From the IMG/VR virus record IMGVR_UViG_3300049859_000211, positions 1 through 43,531 of that record: a stretch of 43,531 nucleotides of DNA, one strand, 5' to 3'. The number at the start of each line of letters is the position of its first letter. Position 1 is the stretch's first letter. Position numbers and translations under genes: made by a program. The DNA comes from a virus. Its lineage: Duplodnaviria > Caudoviricetes. This document shows positions 23,975-33,721 of the stretch, one piece after another. The notes under the pieces were generated by a model. The model had not been told where the DNA came from. It was given only the letters and a program-made list of their open reading frames with translations, and made no database searches.

Positions 23975-26374
23975 TTAGGTTAAGCAGGCCCCTCCGGCAC
24001 ATGCAACTACTTCGGCCCCAGCTTCGTTATTTTCGTCGGTTCTGAACTTGGACCAATCGATTCCCCCGGCCGAATACCACGCGGTGGTTAAACGCTCGAA
24101 CTCAACTTGGTATTCCTTCGCTTTGGCTTTCCTTTCTGGATCATTCCCGTATTTTACTTCGATTTCATCATCATCCAGGATCTCTACGAATGGGCATTGA
24201 GGATAATCGAGGTCACCTGATGCTCCCAACAATGACACCCCGGCGAAGGATTCACGGTTGTGGAAGATGTAATCCTCCACGTCGTCCCATTCGTGTGGTT
24301 GAACTTGGATGGTGTTCGATACGTTGTGTGTTAGGTCTCCCCGGTTGGTCCCAGGAACGACCCACGATTGCTGCACTCGCTTCACCAAGTCCAAGTGTTT
24401 TAGAGCAGGCGTATCCTTTTTCAGCCACAAATGACCCTCCCCGAGGTCAATCGGAAACCGTAAACAAACCTCTCCTTTTTTGTATGCAGATGGGACCACC
24501 ATCTCCGGTATCTGGGACTTTAAGAAGACGTTGATTGGTAGGTCTTCGCGTCCACCTTCCACATGTCGAATATATCGGCGTGAATGATGGGGGTGGATGC
24601 CGTTGGATGCTTTGACGACGAGGGACCCCGTTCCTTCAGGTTTTACACACGTGATGCGGGCGGCGTGGTTGATGCCGATAATCTCAGCACATTCCGCATT
24701 TGCTTTACGGCACACCTCGACACCTTCTTGTAGAAGAAGCTCATCGAAAGCTATATCGGGGTTGTCAGCCATACCAGTTAACGACACCCCTAATAGAGCG
24801 TCCCGTTCTAAGACCCTACGGTGTGCGGATGAGTGTTTATTCAGATACCCGACATCCATGTAGCCTGCTTGCAGTGTCCCTAGGATGGATGCCAGGCGGC
24901 ACATTTCAGCGAATTCCAAGTCCGTCTCACAGGCTGCAACGTTGACTGTGGTTAAGTTACAAAAGGATATGGACGTTTCCCCCGTATCGTGCAACGTCGG
25001 TTCTAATCCTATTTCGGCACAATTGGACACGTCGCAGCCATTCGTCCAATATGTGTGAGAGGGACCGTCTACGGTTATTTCATACACATCGAACACACCT
25101 AAAAAGTCGGTTCTAAGGATGGACCAAGGCACAGTTTCTGTGCTTTCTCGGTTAGGGAAGCTATCTATATACCAAGCCCTTGCCACTTCTATGCGTTCTC
25201 CTTTTTGGATTACTTTATGGTCGTGTGTCCCAATAAACGAAGTGGAAGGGGACGTGGTGTATTCATAAACCCTTCGAGTGCCTGTTTTTTGTTTATTCAC
25301 TACATTAACCCAACCATCTTTTGACCAAATAACCGACCCTATGTTTATATCGTCGAACTCCTCGATGCCTTTTTTTGTTAGCACTGTGGCGAACCCTGGT
25401 TGACAAGCGTTCGTTCCGTGTTCTTTTGACTTGGACAGGAATATACCAGGCTCACCCATAAATCGAGTTGGTTCCATAGCCTTCTTAAACTCTTCGATAG
25501 TGCAATCGTTACGCACGAGCATGAACGAGTTATTCGAAAGCCTGCGGTGTGGTGTCTTTTTTAGCCAAGCTCCGGTCTTCGCGTGCGCTACGGCCATGTC
25601 GTCCTTATCGAAAAGGATGATACCTGCCACACGTCTGATGCCGCCTGCACGGACGGACTCCAAAACGATCAACAATAAATCCAACACGTCGATTGGGCGC
25701 ATTTTTGGTGAACGCTTAAGACACTTTAGTAGATGTTTCTTCGCCAAGTTGAGTTGGTGTCTTAAAGCCTTCGGTCCCGGAGCGGTGGCTGACGATGACG
25801 ATAACGGAGCACCTTCTGGCCGAATCTGCGAATAATCGAATCGAGGCATCGAGGTGCAGTAGAAAAAAGCCGAAACTAAAGCGTGAACGGCATCCGCCCA
25901 GCCCTCGATGGAGTCTTCTATAACGTGTTTATATGAACTTTGGGGCCTCTTAAGTGTGGGCAGTTTATCTACATGATGCTTTTGAATAGACCCACCATAA
26001 CCGCACCCGCACAAGCTCAACCAAAATATCTCCGAGAAAGCCTCTGGGCGGTCTAAAAAGGTGTAAGAACATGAATACTGCCTTATGTTCTTATCTAAAA
26101 TGGCCTTGCCTCCGAATTGCATGGCGCGTTGTGAACCGAGTATTTTTTTAGCTTTTAAGGCCACTTCGATTTCATCTAAGGCTTTGGACAACTTCATCCG
26201 ACCTTCAAAATCCACACCGGAGTCCCAAGCTAGGTATTTAGTGCGGTGCATATCAACGACACGTTTACAAGCCTCGTCGTAGGTCTCGTATCGTCCTTCT
26301 GTGGGGAGAAAGCGTGCGTATTTTGAAAGGAATGTGTGTTCGGCAAGGTCGTTTCTAGGATCTATTGTCTTCAT
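23975..26374 (-). CDS. nrdJ: Class II (B12-dependent, monomeric RTPR-like) ribonucleotide reductase with an intein
   Basis: GEPG, GTNA|CAEI, FCNL, LGVSLTG, TCVKPEGT, HNVSNT and C-terminal CAGGAC. Confidence 0.9.
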   Translation of the reverse strand: MKTIDPRNDLAEHTFLSKYARFLPTEGRYETYDEACKRVVDMHRTKYLAWDSGVDFEGRMKLSKALDEIEVALKAKKILGSQRAMQFGGKAILDKNIRQYSCSYTFLDRPEAFSEIFWLSLCGCGYGGSIQKHHVDKLPTLKRPQSSYKHVIEDSIEGWADAVHALVSAFFYCTSMPRFDYSQIRPEGAPLSSSSATAPGPKALRHQLNLAKKHLLKCLKRSPKMRPIDVLDLLLIVLESVRAGGIRRVAGIILFDKDDMAVAHAKTGAWLKKTPHRRLSNNSFMLVRNDCTIEEFKKAMEPTRFMGEPGIFLSKSKEHGTNACQPGFATVLTKKGIEEFDDINIGSVIWSKDGWVNVVNKQKTGTRRVYEYTTSPSTSFIGTHDHKVIQKGERIEVARAWYIDSFPNRESTETVPWSILRTDFLGVFDVYEITVDGPSHTYWTNGCDVSNCAEIGLEPTLHDTGETSISFCNLTTVNVAACETDLEFAEMCRLASILGTLQAGYMDVGYLNKHSSAHRRVLERDALLGVSLTGMADNPDIAFDELLLQEGVEVCRKANAECAEIIGINHAARITCVKPEGTGSLVVKASNGIHPHHSRRYIRHVEGGREDLPINVFLKSQIPEMVVPSAYKKGEVCLRFPIDLGEGHLWLKKDTPALKHLDLVKRVQQSWVVPGTNRGDLTHNVSNTIQVQPHEWDDVEDYIFHNRESFAGVSLLGASGDLDYPQCPFVEILDDDEIEVKYGNDPERKAKAKEYQVEFERLTTAWYSAGGIDWSKFRTDENNEAGAEVVACAGGACLT
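25022..25405 (-). other. Mini-intein (128 aa) in NrdJ
   Basis: Starts CQPG, block B GTHDH, block F VYEITV, ends SN|C; splits the NxCxE active-site motif. Confidence 0.85.
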
Positions 26375-26388
26375 TTTGACACCGGATT

Positions 26389-26421
26389 AAAAAACCACTT
26401 CGATTCTCAGGCCGAAGTGGG
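26389..26421 (-). terminator. Terminator-like hairpin immediately upstream of nrdJ
   Basis: CCACTTCG..CGAAGTGG followed by T6 on the minus strand. Confidence 0.6.
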
Positions 26422-26447
26422 AAAGGGTTGATAAGTATACCGGACTT

Positions 26448-26621
26448 TTAGTGTAAAGTCCTGTCGTCGTTGTTTAGTTGAAACTCGACTTGGTCCATCC
26501 ACCTAGCCTCTAGTTCGGCCTCTAGTTCGGCCTGTCGTTTGGACCCCACTATCAGGACACAAAGCACGAACGTGTTTAACACGGCGGCTAAGGTTGATAC
26601 AACACATAAAAAAATGATCAT
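26448..26621 (-). CDS. Small membrane protein (57 aa)
   Basis: MIIFLCVVSTLAAVLNTFVLCVLIVG...; ATGA overlap with the upstream stop. Confidence 0.6.
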   Translation of the reverse strand: MIIFLCVVSTLAAVLNTFVLCVLIVGSKRQAELEAELEARWMDQVEFQLNNDDRTLH

Positions 26622-27298
26622 TTTTTCTCCATAAAGTCAACACGGCGTCTGATACATTCCATCGCTTTGGACAAATCCTGGGCGGTGGGGTTATCCTGCT
26701 TCTTCCCGGCTCGGATAATGTATTTAAGAGCATTACCCAACTCGAATCCTATGTCAAGGGCTTGTATTAAGTCGATCACGTCAAACTTCACACCTTTGAC
26801 TTCGATGGCGTAATGATTGGGTTTTAATACGGTAGGTGTCGGAGGGGTTACGAAGTTACGGGGATCTGTATCTAACTCATATGGGTCTGTATCTAACTCG
26901 TTTTCGACCAACTCGAAATCCAGTGAATCGAAGTTAAAGGGGTCTCCACTAGGCAGCGTATACCCTTCCAGTTGAATATCGTCATCCATATTCCTATAAG
27001 TTATAACGGTAGTGACTCTAGCTATGGCTCCGTTTTTAAGGTTCGGTTTTGTATAGGTATTGGGCTCACCGGTGTAGCAAACCTTATCCCCAATCTTAAA
27101 TTTAACTATTCTCTCAAAGTTGCGTGTGTCAAAAGCGTGTTGTTCATCACTCGATTGAATCGTCACACCTTTTAACTTTATGTGTCCATTCGGGGTTACT
27201 TCTTCAACATCAAATACATCACCTACATAGATCGGTGGGTTCACAACGGGGTAATCACAGTTAATCCGTCGTGCTTTATCTCCGGCTCTAAATTTCAT
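26618..27298 (-). CDS. DUF3310-domain protein with two N-terminal SH3-like repeats
   Basis: C-terminal PNHY..IDLI..LGNALKYIIRAGKK..DLSKA; KFxxGDK occurs twice. Confidence 0.75.
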   Translation of the reverse strand: MKFRAGDKARRINCDYPVVNPPIYVGDVFDVEEVTPNGHIKLKGVTIQSSDEQHAFDTRNFERIVKFKIGDKVCYTGEPNTYTKPNLKNGAIARVTTVITYRNMDDDIQLEGYTLPSGDPFNFDSLDFELVENELDTDPYELDTDPRNFVTPPTPTVLKPNHYAIEVKGVKFDVIDLIQALDIGFELGNALKYIIRAGKKQDNPTAQDLSKAMECIRRRVDFMEKK

Positions 27299-29148
27299 AC
27301 TGCTACCTCCGCTGTGATCTTCGCATGGCTTCGATAATTAAGCAAGCAAATATCTTCCATTTTTATATCCAAGATGGACTTCGCGTCCGAATCTATTACT
27401 AGGGTCGGTGAGGGCATCGGTTCTCTTGTGAGTTGCTCCTTCACTTGATCTACGTGGTTTGAATAAATGTGGGCGTCTCCGATAGAGTGGATGAACTCGC
27501 CAGGTTGGAATCCGTGGACATGGCATAACATCTCCACGAGCAACGAATACGAGGCTACGTTGAACGGTTTTCCGAGGAATAAATCTGCGCTACGCTGATA
27601 TAAATGACACGAAAGTTTATTATCCACCCCGACGTAGAATTGTGATAACACATGACAATTGTGTGTCGCGATATTGTTCGCTGTGTATGTGTTCGTGGTT
27701 TCAACTGATATATTATAGACAAAGTCCGGGCAATTGACTTTGGTTTTTTCAATTACAGGTATCCACATAAACCCGCCCTCAATGAATGCATACGCTGTTC
27801 CTTTATTACGCAAGTTATTTACGTCTTTTATCTCAACCACCGAGAAGTACGGGCGTTGGTTTACTGTGCGCCCTTGTATAACACAAGTCGCCTTTCGTGG
27901 AACACGCACGGTTTTGAATAATCTATTCACCATTAAAAACAATATTTGTAGTTGTTGCGCTAAAATCTCAGACGTGGTTGTTATATTTTGTTTTCCTGTT
28001 TGGCAACCATCTGCCTTCAGGTACCCATTCAAAAAGTACTCTATATACAATATGGGTAGTTCGAAAATCCAATGTGGGATTTTTTTAAAATGTGCTTTAT
28101 GTCCGAACTCAATCAGTATAGGAGCCCATTTTTTTGTTGCTATCTCAAACTTATCCACCTTATTATTTAAGTTCGTCTTTGTTCTTTTTAGTTTGGATAC
28201 CTTTATCGATTTTCTCAATAGGGGGACTATCTCGACCTGGTCTTTCTCGGCTACCGCGAAAGTTAATTTATTGCTTTTTGTGTTAAACCACCCATCACCT
28301 AAAAAATACCCCAACATAAACATATCGTCTAAAGAGGGGCTCCAGACAACGGTTTTTGTTGCCGCCCCTGACCGACCTGTTTTAAAATTGTGTTTAAAAC
28401 TTGGAATTTTGTCTTGACATTTAGGAATTGGTATCCCCAGGCAGTCACCTACGTTTATGGACTCGGAAGGCACATACCCGCGGTCTTTCACTAAATGTGG
28501 GTGATTTGGTGTGGATTCAATGACGTTTTTTACACCCCGCGTTTTTAATCTTATTATAGCTCCATTTTTATATGGAGTTTTCATCGTATCAAACACCCGG
28601 TTAAAGGTTCCGTCGTGGGATAGGACCTCATCTCCTACCTTAATATCTTTTATAGCGGAAACTCCGGTCTTCGTAATAATCTTAGTGTCTTCTAGAAAGC
28701 AAGGAGGCAACGCCATCATAGGCAAATCCACCGGGTTCCACGCGGATATTACGTGTCTGCGTCCGAACGGATCGGACTTCAACCCCGCTTCGAGCTGGGC
28801 GATTTGGTCGACTCCGTTAAAGTCCCGCCATTGGTGACCATAGATAGGCCCGAGTTCTCCACCGGGACCCATCCATTCATCCCATATAGTCGATCCTAGG
28901 GCTTGTAGCGCCTTAGCATTAGTGCTACCGGACAAGAACCACAACAACTCGGCCTTGATGGACTTAAAAGGCATTTTCTTCGTGGTTAAAAGCGGGAACC
29001 CCTCCGATAAATCGTAGCGGGTTTGGGTGCCGAATACCGAAAAGGTGTCGGGTTGGGAGCCGTCCTGGAGTTTAGCTCTGGACGGACGCCGGATGCCATT
29101 TTGAAGGACGTGTTTTAGTGTTTGTAAATAAGCGTGGTCTGCGTTCAT
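27295..29148 (-). CDS. thyA: Thymidylate synthase with an intein
   Basis: FPLLTTKK, ELLWFL, LGPIYGHQWR, MALPP|CH, YQRSAD, PFN and GDAHIY. Confidence 0.95.
   Translation of the reverse strand: MNADHAYLQTLKHVLQNGIRRPSRAKLQDGSQPDTFSVFGTQTRYDLSEGFPLLTTKKMPFKSIKAELLWFLSGSTNAKALQALGSTIWDEWMGPGGELGPIYGHQWRDFNGVDQIAQLEAGLKSDPFGRRHVISAWNPVDLPMMALPPCFLEDTKIITKTGVSAIKDIKVGDEVLSHDGTFNRVFDTMKTPYKNGAIIRLKTRGVKNVIESTPNHPHLVKDRGYVPSESINVGDCLGIPIPKCQDKIPSFKHNFKTGRSGAATKTVVWSPSLDDMFMLGYFLGDGWFNTKSNKLTFAVAEKDQVEIVPLLRKSIKVSKLKRTKTNLNNKVDKFEIATKKWAPILIEFGHKAHFKKIPHWIFELPILYIEYFLNGYLKADGCQTGKQNITTTSEILAQQLQILFLMVNRLFKTVRVPRKATCVIQGRTVNQRPYFSVVEIKDVNNLRNKGTAYAFIEGGFMWIPVIEKTKVNCPDFVYNISVETTNTYTANNIATHNCHVLSQFYVGVDNKLSCHLYQRSADLFLGKPFNVASYSLLVEMLCHVHGFQPGEFIHSIGDAHIYSNHVDQVKEQLTREPMPSPTLVIDSDAKSILDIKMEDICLLNYRSHAKITAEVAV
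27658..28701 (-). mobile_element. LAGLIDADG intein (348 aa) in ThyA
   Basis: Starts CFLED, TPNH block B, LGYFLGDG and FLNGYLKADG endonuclease motifs, ends THN|C; the extein is 269 aa. Confidence 0.92.
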
Positions 29149-29456
29149 TAGTATTTCATACCTTTCATAGACAATGCGTGTGTGGTATTGGTTAGCGCTT
29201 TTATGCTTTCCTCTAACGCACGGATGCGGTCTTCGTGGTCTTTAATAACGTTAGGTTTTTGTGGTTCGTCTATCACCTCGAAGTTGCTTAAGCATGAATC
29301 GGGGATTAAGCCGTAGTCGTCGACACACCAAGCCTGCATTTTTTTGTTTTGGTATATCGGCGAGTGTATTGTGACTCGTGTGGCCTTCTTATCTCGGTGT
29401 ATTCCGGTTAAGATTTTTATGACAGTGCCGTCTTCGTAGTTCATTTTCCGACCCAT
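29148..29456 (-). CDS. Hypothetical protein
   Basis: ORF in the operon. Confidence 0.6.
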   Translation of the reverse strand: MGRKMNYEDGTVIKILTGIHRDKKATRVTIHSPIYQNKKMQAWCVDDYGLIPDSCLSNFEVIDEPQKPNVIKDHEDRIRALEESIKALTNTTHALSMKGMKY

Positions 29457-30217
29457 CCTTTCCCTGTTGGTTTGTAGACTTTACCGTTAGGGGCTATTAA
29501 CTTGTGTTCGATCATGTTCAATTGGTACACCGAGAAATTGTCATTGCTTGTGTCAATAAGTGCTACACCGAAACCATTCACCCACCCACTAGGGGCTACC
29601 ATATAAGGTACGTCCTCTAACGGACAAAGACATCCAATCCCAAAACAACCACGGACCGATTGGCCTTTTTTGTTTATTGTCGACGTCATATGTGTTTGGG
29701 GCCTGTGGTGGTGTGATGTGATTACACTCACACCCACTTTGTCTAGCGTAGCTGAGGCGTGGTGCTTCCCGTATGCGAACCCGTGAATCACACCCAATTT
29801 GTTTGACAACCAATGCATGGAATCAGGCTTATAGTCCATGTGTGTTATTTTTCGCTTAGTTAACTGCAACATCTCCTGAAGTGAATTTAAGCCCTCCAAT
29901 TGCGGAGCATTCTGCAACACAAAGCGGTCGTAGCGGACAGCATCGTGGTTGCCCATGTTTAGATGGATTTTACATCGACTACCTACGACTTTTCTCAGAT
30001 CGTCTAAGAATAAATTCGCCACTTTCAGGTCGTCTTTAATTCGACCCTCTGCGGATGCGTCCGCGTGCCTCGATATATCCTTAAGGTCAAGAAAATCCCC
30101 ATTCAAAACGACCTCGTCGGGTTTAAAGGATTTCAGGAAGTTAAAGAACGTCGACACGGCTTTGGGGCAGTGGTTTGGGAGATGGATATCTCCTGCTATA
30201 ACTACTTTTTTAATCAT
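29441..30217 (-). CDS. Calcineurin-like metallophosphoesterase
   Basis: GDIH, GDFLD, GNHD, HG and HHHR motifs. Confidence 0.9.
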   Translation of the reverse strand: MIKKVVIAGDIHLPNHCPKAVSTFFNFLKSFKPDEVVLNGDFLDLKDISRHADASAEGRIKDDLKVANLFLDDLRKVVGSRCKIHLNMGNHDAVRYDRFVLQNAPQLEGLNSLQEMLQLTKRKITHMDYKPDSMHWLSNKLGVIHGFAYGKHHASATLDKVGVSVITSHHHRPQTHMTSTINKKGQSVRGCFGIGCLCPLEDVPYMVAPSGWVNGFGVALIDTSNDNFSVYQLNMIEHKLIAPNGKVYKPTGKGWVGK

Positions 30218-30441
30218 TTTTTAACCTCGATAAGTGTGTAGGTGAAGTCGACACCGTCGCGATGTGAAACACGGTGTCCGACGAAGTCGTTGGGTGAAAA
30301 CGGTTTGGCATAGGTGTCCCAATTCCTCTTTATAAAGGCGTTCGCGTCCGACACGGAGTCGAACACCCCGTCGAAGTAGTCCTCCAAATCCGTGTTCTCG
30401 TCGAAAGTGTAATGGCGAGACAATAGAACGTATGTGGTCAT
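30214..30441 (-). CDS. Small hypothetical protein similar to 32679-32897
   Basis: YVLL...GVFDSVSDAN pattern. Confidence 0.6.
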   Translation of the reverse strand: MTTYVLLSRHYTFDENTDLEDYFDGVFDSVSDANAFIKRNWDTYAKPFSPNDFVGHRVSHRDGVDFTYTLIEVKK

Positions 30442-30449
30442 TTTTATTC

Positions 30450-30728
30450 CTAAAATTTGTCGTGATATTTGCGTTTATTCCCAATCGCCACCGTCCCGTC
30501 GCCCTTGCCGAACAACCCCACCAAGTTCTCGTGTCGGTCGCGGATTATTTTCCCATCCACGAAGACAGCGAAACAATGGACGGGGTATTCCTTACCACCT
30601 ACGCGGTAGGCGGCTATGAATCCGTCGGAATGCACGGAACGTGTCCACACTTCCACCTCGGCTCCTTGGCACCGCTCATACACCGAGGCGATTTCCTCGT
30701 TGTATGTGTCTACGGCGTCGGCGAAATG
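30450..30728 (-). CDS. Hypothetical protein (start uncertain)
   Basis: Open frame of about 90-100 aa in the operon. Confidence 0.4.
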   Translation of the reverse strand, partial: HFADAVDTYNEEIASVYERCQGAEVEVWTRSVHSDGFIAAYRVGGKEYPVHCFAVFVDGKIIRDRHENLVGLFGKGDGTVAIGNKRKYHDKF

Positions 30729-30732
30729 GATT

Positions 30733-31485
30733 TCACTTGGTGATTTTTTCAATTTCGATACCTTCCTTTCTAGCGTAAGTTTCGTAATCTTCTGGTGTTC
30801 CCAATCCGTGGAATGATTTGACTTCGACTGGGATACTTAAATCCAGCGCAGGGGCCAAATAGAACTCTTGATTAGGTCCATGACGGTTATTATCTCGGAT
30901 CTGTATACCCAAGTCAATCAAAATATCTTTAGCGGTGGAAATATAAATCCCACACGTCGGACGCCAAACGGCTTCAATGATATTTTTGTTGGGTTTTTCA
31001 ACGATATGGCGGAATGGGGAATTCACCAAATACGACCACTTCGGATCGAAATCGTTCTTAAAAGTCAACACCATCCCAGGCAAGGGGTCCACGGGTTCGT
31101 GTAGTTCAAAAGTTTGGTCTGAATTTGCGATCACTACGACGTCATCGGGCGCTACCGGAAAACGAGTCATGTGATCCACAAGCATTAACAACACCGTCTC
31201 GGCGGCCCCTCTTGTGGGGGCTCCGAATTCCACCACCGAGACTCCTTCATACCGCAAGTCTGGGGCTTCTTTAGGTAATCCAACGCAAATCGAGTCGAAT
31301 CCGCCGAAAGCCTCTTCACAATCCTCAATCACACGAGACAACAAAGTCCCGGAACCCAGGCGTAAAAAAGGCTTTAGTTTTTTATACCCTGCGGCGGTAA
31401 AGCGAGATCCCAACCCTGCGGCTGGGATTAAAAGATGCTTCTTAGGTCGATTTGTAAACACCACGAGAAATCTCCGAATGGACAC
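30733..31485 (-). CDS. Sugar-phosphate nucleotidyltransferase-like protein (GT-A fold)
   Basis: IPAAGLGSRF..KPF, TRGAAET, NSDQ, EKP, EFYLAP and GLGTPED. Confidence 0.8.
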   Translation of the reverse strand: MSIRRFLVVFTNRPKKHLLIPAAGLGSRFTAAGYKKLKPFLRLGSGTLLSRVIEDCEEAFGGFDSICVGLPKEAPDLRYEGVSVVEFGAPTRGAAETVLLMLVDHMTRFPVAPDDVVVIANSDQTFELHEPVDPLPGMVLTFKNDFDPKWSYLVNSPFRHIVEKPNKNIIEAVWRPTCGIYISTAKDILIDLGIQIRDNNRHGPNQEFYLAPALDLSIPVEVKSFHGLGTPEDYETYARKEGIEIEKITK

Positions 31486-32089
31486 GCCGCACCGAAGTGG
31501 CGCAAACGTCTGTTTCCATGGAGATCACCTTAACGACATGGGCTCCAGAAGTCAAGGCCCCTTTTATTCCTACGGGGGAATCTTCGAAAATAACGGTCTC
31601 GTCGGGTTCGTGGTTTGCCCAGGCCATGATTTTAAAATAACCCTCTGGGTTGGGTTTACACGATTTCACGCCTTCGTTTGATAAAATGAAATCGAATAGG
31701 TTCAATACCCCGGTCCTTGATAAGGCCATCTCGACGGTTTGTTTAACGGAATTCGAATAACACGCCACCGGGCCGAAATCCCGTGCGGTGCACACCGCTT
31801 CGATAACCCTTCGGTTCGGGTGTAGATCCCTTAAAGCCCTCATCGTGAGTTCTTGTTTTTTGGTGTTGACGCGTCTCGTTTCATCTTCTGAGAGTCCCAA
31901 TAAAGAACACTTCGTCTTCGTAGGTAGCCCTTCAAGTTCTTTACGTTGTAAATACGCCTCGTGGGACACGCCGATATCGCATAAGATGCTTAGCGCCTTT
32001 TGGAAGGTTCTGCGGTGTATTTCGCACAAATCCACCAACACCCCGTCCATATCAAAAATAGTTAATGTAGATCGCGTTTTCATCGCCAA
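31442..32089 (-). CDS. HAD-family phosphatase
   Basis: FDMDGVL, YSNS, KPNPEGY and FEDSPVG. Confidence 0.9.
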   Translation of the reverse strand: MAMKTRSTLTIFDMDGVLVDLCEIHRRTFQKALSILCDIGVSHEAYLQRKELEGLPTKTKCSLLGLSEDETRRVNTKKQELTMRALRDLHPNRRVIEAVCTARDFGPVACYSNSVKQTVEMALSRTGVLNLFDFILSNEGVKSCKPNPEGYFKIMAWANHEPDETVIFEDSPVGIKGALTSGAHVVKVISMETDVCATSVRRVHSEISRGVYKST

Positions 32090-32682
32090 AACCTCAAATC
32101 TGCTTCAAGAAAGTTTAAATGTGGCAGCACGGCTACTTTAAATCCGTGTTGTATTAAGAAATCACGGCACGATTCTACAGTAGACGTTTGGTCTAAATAA
32201 ATGGATTCTTTCGGGTCGATAATGGCCTCGACCTCACCCATTTTTACTTGGTGGATGCGATCTCCCAGCCCCTTCAGGACCTCCAAATCCATTCCCTGGG
32301 CGTCGACGTGTAAAAAGTCTACGGTTTCGGCATCTCCCACGAAGGCAGCCAATACGCACACCTCGACTTCATATTCGTCTACTTTTTTAAGGTCTTGCCT
32401 TCCGACCCACACGTCTTTGAGCTCCTCATCCGTTCTAAATTCTAGAATCGAGGAACAAGACGCTTCGTTGGGTGAAACTTTTAAGGTTGTTGTTCCTACC
32501 TGCGCCCCTACAGCTTTTTGGAAGCACACGTAGTTTTTTAGATCTTTCGTGTCTTTCCATATCTTCTCGGCTAAGTGTTTAACGGGTTCGAAAGCTATTA
32601 CGGTTACGTTGGGGTTGTCCTTGGCGTATTGAATACCCCATTTACCGTTATTGGCCCCGACGTCTATTGCGATGTGCCTCAT
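32080..32682 (-). CDS. FkbM-family methyltransferase
   Basis: DVGANNG, AFEP and LHVDAQGMDLEVL. Confidence 0.9.
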   Translation of the reverse strand: MRHIAIDVGANNGKWGIQYAKDNPNVTVIAFEPVKHLAEKIWKDTKDLKNYVCFQKAVGAQVGTTTLKVSPNEASCSSILEFRTDEELKDVWVGRQDLKKVDEYEVEVCVLAAFVGDAETVDFLHVDAQGMDLEVLKGLGDRIHQVKMGEVEAIIDPKESIYLDQTSTVESCRDFLIQHGFKVAVLPHLNFLEADLRFWR

Positions 32683-32897
32683 TTCAAGACCTCGTTTCTA
32701 AATAGTTGATGGGTGTGTTCTAAATCAACGATGAAATTCGAAGCGCTTGCTAAATGCGACTCGAAGGTAAATTCATCTTTCTTTATACCGAGAACATCTT
32801 TTAAATATTTATTGGCGGCATCGATGGTCTGAAAAACGCCGGATATTGTTTTTTCAGGCCTATATATCCACTTAGTTAGTAAAATATATACACTCAC
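32679..32897 (-). CDS. Small hypothetical protein
   Basis: VYILL...GVFQTIDAAN. Confidence 0.6.
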   Translation of the reverse strand: MSVYILLTKWIYRPEKTISGVFQTIDAANKYLKDVLGIKKDEFTFESHLASASNFIVDLEHTHQLFRNEVLK

Positions 32898-33721
32898 ATC
32901 TCACCTACCTTATTCCAAATAACACCGACGTCGTGTGCGTGGGTTTCTTCGGAGTGTAAATATGCGTGCCGACGCATTACGTCTTCATTATCCGCCCATT
33001 TTTCTAAGAATAAGCGGTGATCTCGGTCATTCGCTTCGAAATCAGCCTTTACACCGAGACGTTTACGCGTGACGGAGTGTCCGTGGTGAACGATGGCGTG
33101 TTCTGCTTGTGCGTATATTAAGCCCGCTAAACGATAACGTTCCTCCCAATCCGTATCCCCGAACGTGAGCCCAAAGTTCTCGTCGAATAACCCAACGGCG
33201 TGTTCGTCAAACAAAGACCGCAGTGCTACGAAACACGTGAAATAGCCTTGTGTTTTTTTCAACCGAGCCTGTCCTAAACCACACGCCTTGGCGTTGTTGA
33301 TGGTCGACATAAAGTCCCACTCACCTACGACATCTGGTTGACAAGCCCCCACCGCACAAATACCAAGCTCAGGTCTTATGGAGGACACGAGATTTGCGAT
33401 GGTGTCTGGAAGAACCACTACGTCGTTGCACACCACCGACACGAATAACGAAGTTCCTGCTTTGATGCCTTCGTTGACGGCGGCGTATGGGCCTTTGTTG
33501 GTGTGAATTCGAATGAATGTGTGTCCTAGGGCTTGCAGCATTCTACCCACGTGGAAAATACCTGGGTCGGTTGAACCATTATCGACTAGGATGATGCGTT
33601 GTCCTTTTTTAACGGATAATAAGAGGGAAGCGATGCACCTGGCCGTGATGTCGGTGTTGTTGAACGCCGGAACGATGATGTCCAAGTAGTTATCTGGGTT
33701 TGGCTTTAAGTCAAAGTTCAT
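32894..33721 (-). CDS. GT2 glycosyltransferase
   Basis: IIVPAFN, LVDNGSTD, CNDV and GLFDENF..GDTDW. Confidence 0.9.
   Translation of the reverse strand: MNFDLKPNPDNYLDIIVPAFNNTDITARCIASLLLSVKKGQRIILVDNGSTDPGIFHVGRMLQALGHTFIRIHTNKGPYAAVNEGIKAGTSLFVSVVCNDVVVLPDTIANLVSSIRPELGICAVGACQPDVVGEWDFMSTINNAKACGLGQARLKKTQGYFTCFVALRSLFDEHAVGLFDENFGLTFGDTDWEERYRLAGLIYAQAEHAIVHHGHSVTRKRLGVKADFEANDRDHRLFLEKWADNEDVMRRHAYLHSEETHAHDVGVIWNKVGEM

Noticed and set aside
26375-26447. Cobalamin riboswitch upstream of nrdJ
   Set aside because: The intergenic space is too short and no B12 box was recognised.
27295-29148. dCMP hydroxymethylase for base modification
   Set aside because: It retains canonical ThyA motifs, including the PFN Asn.
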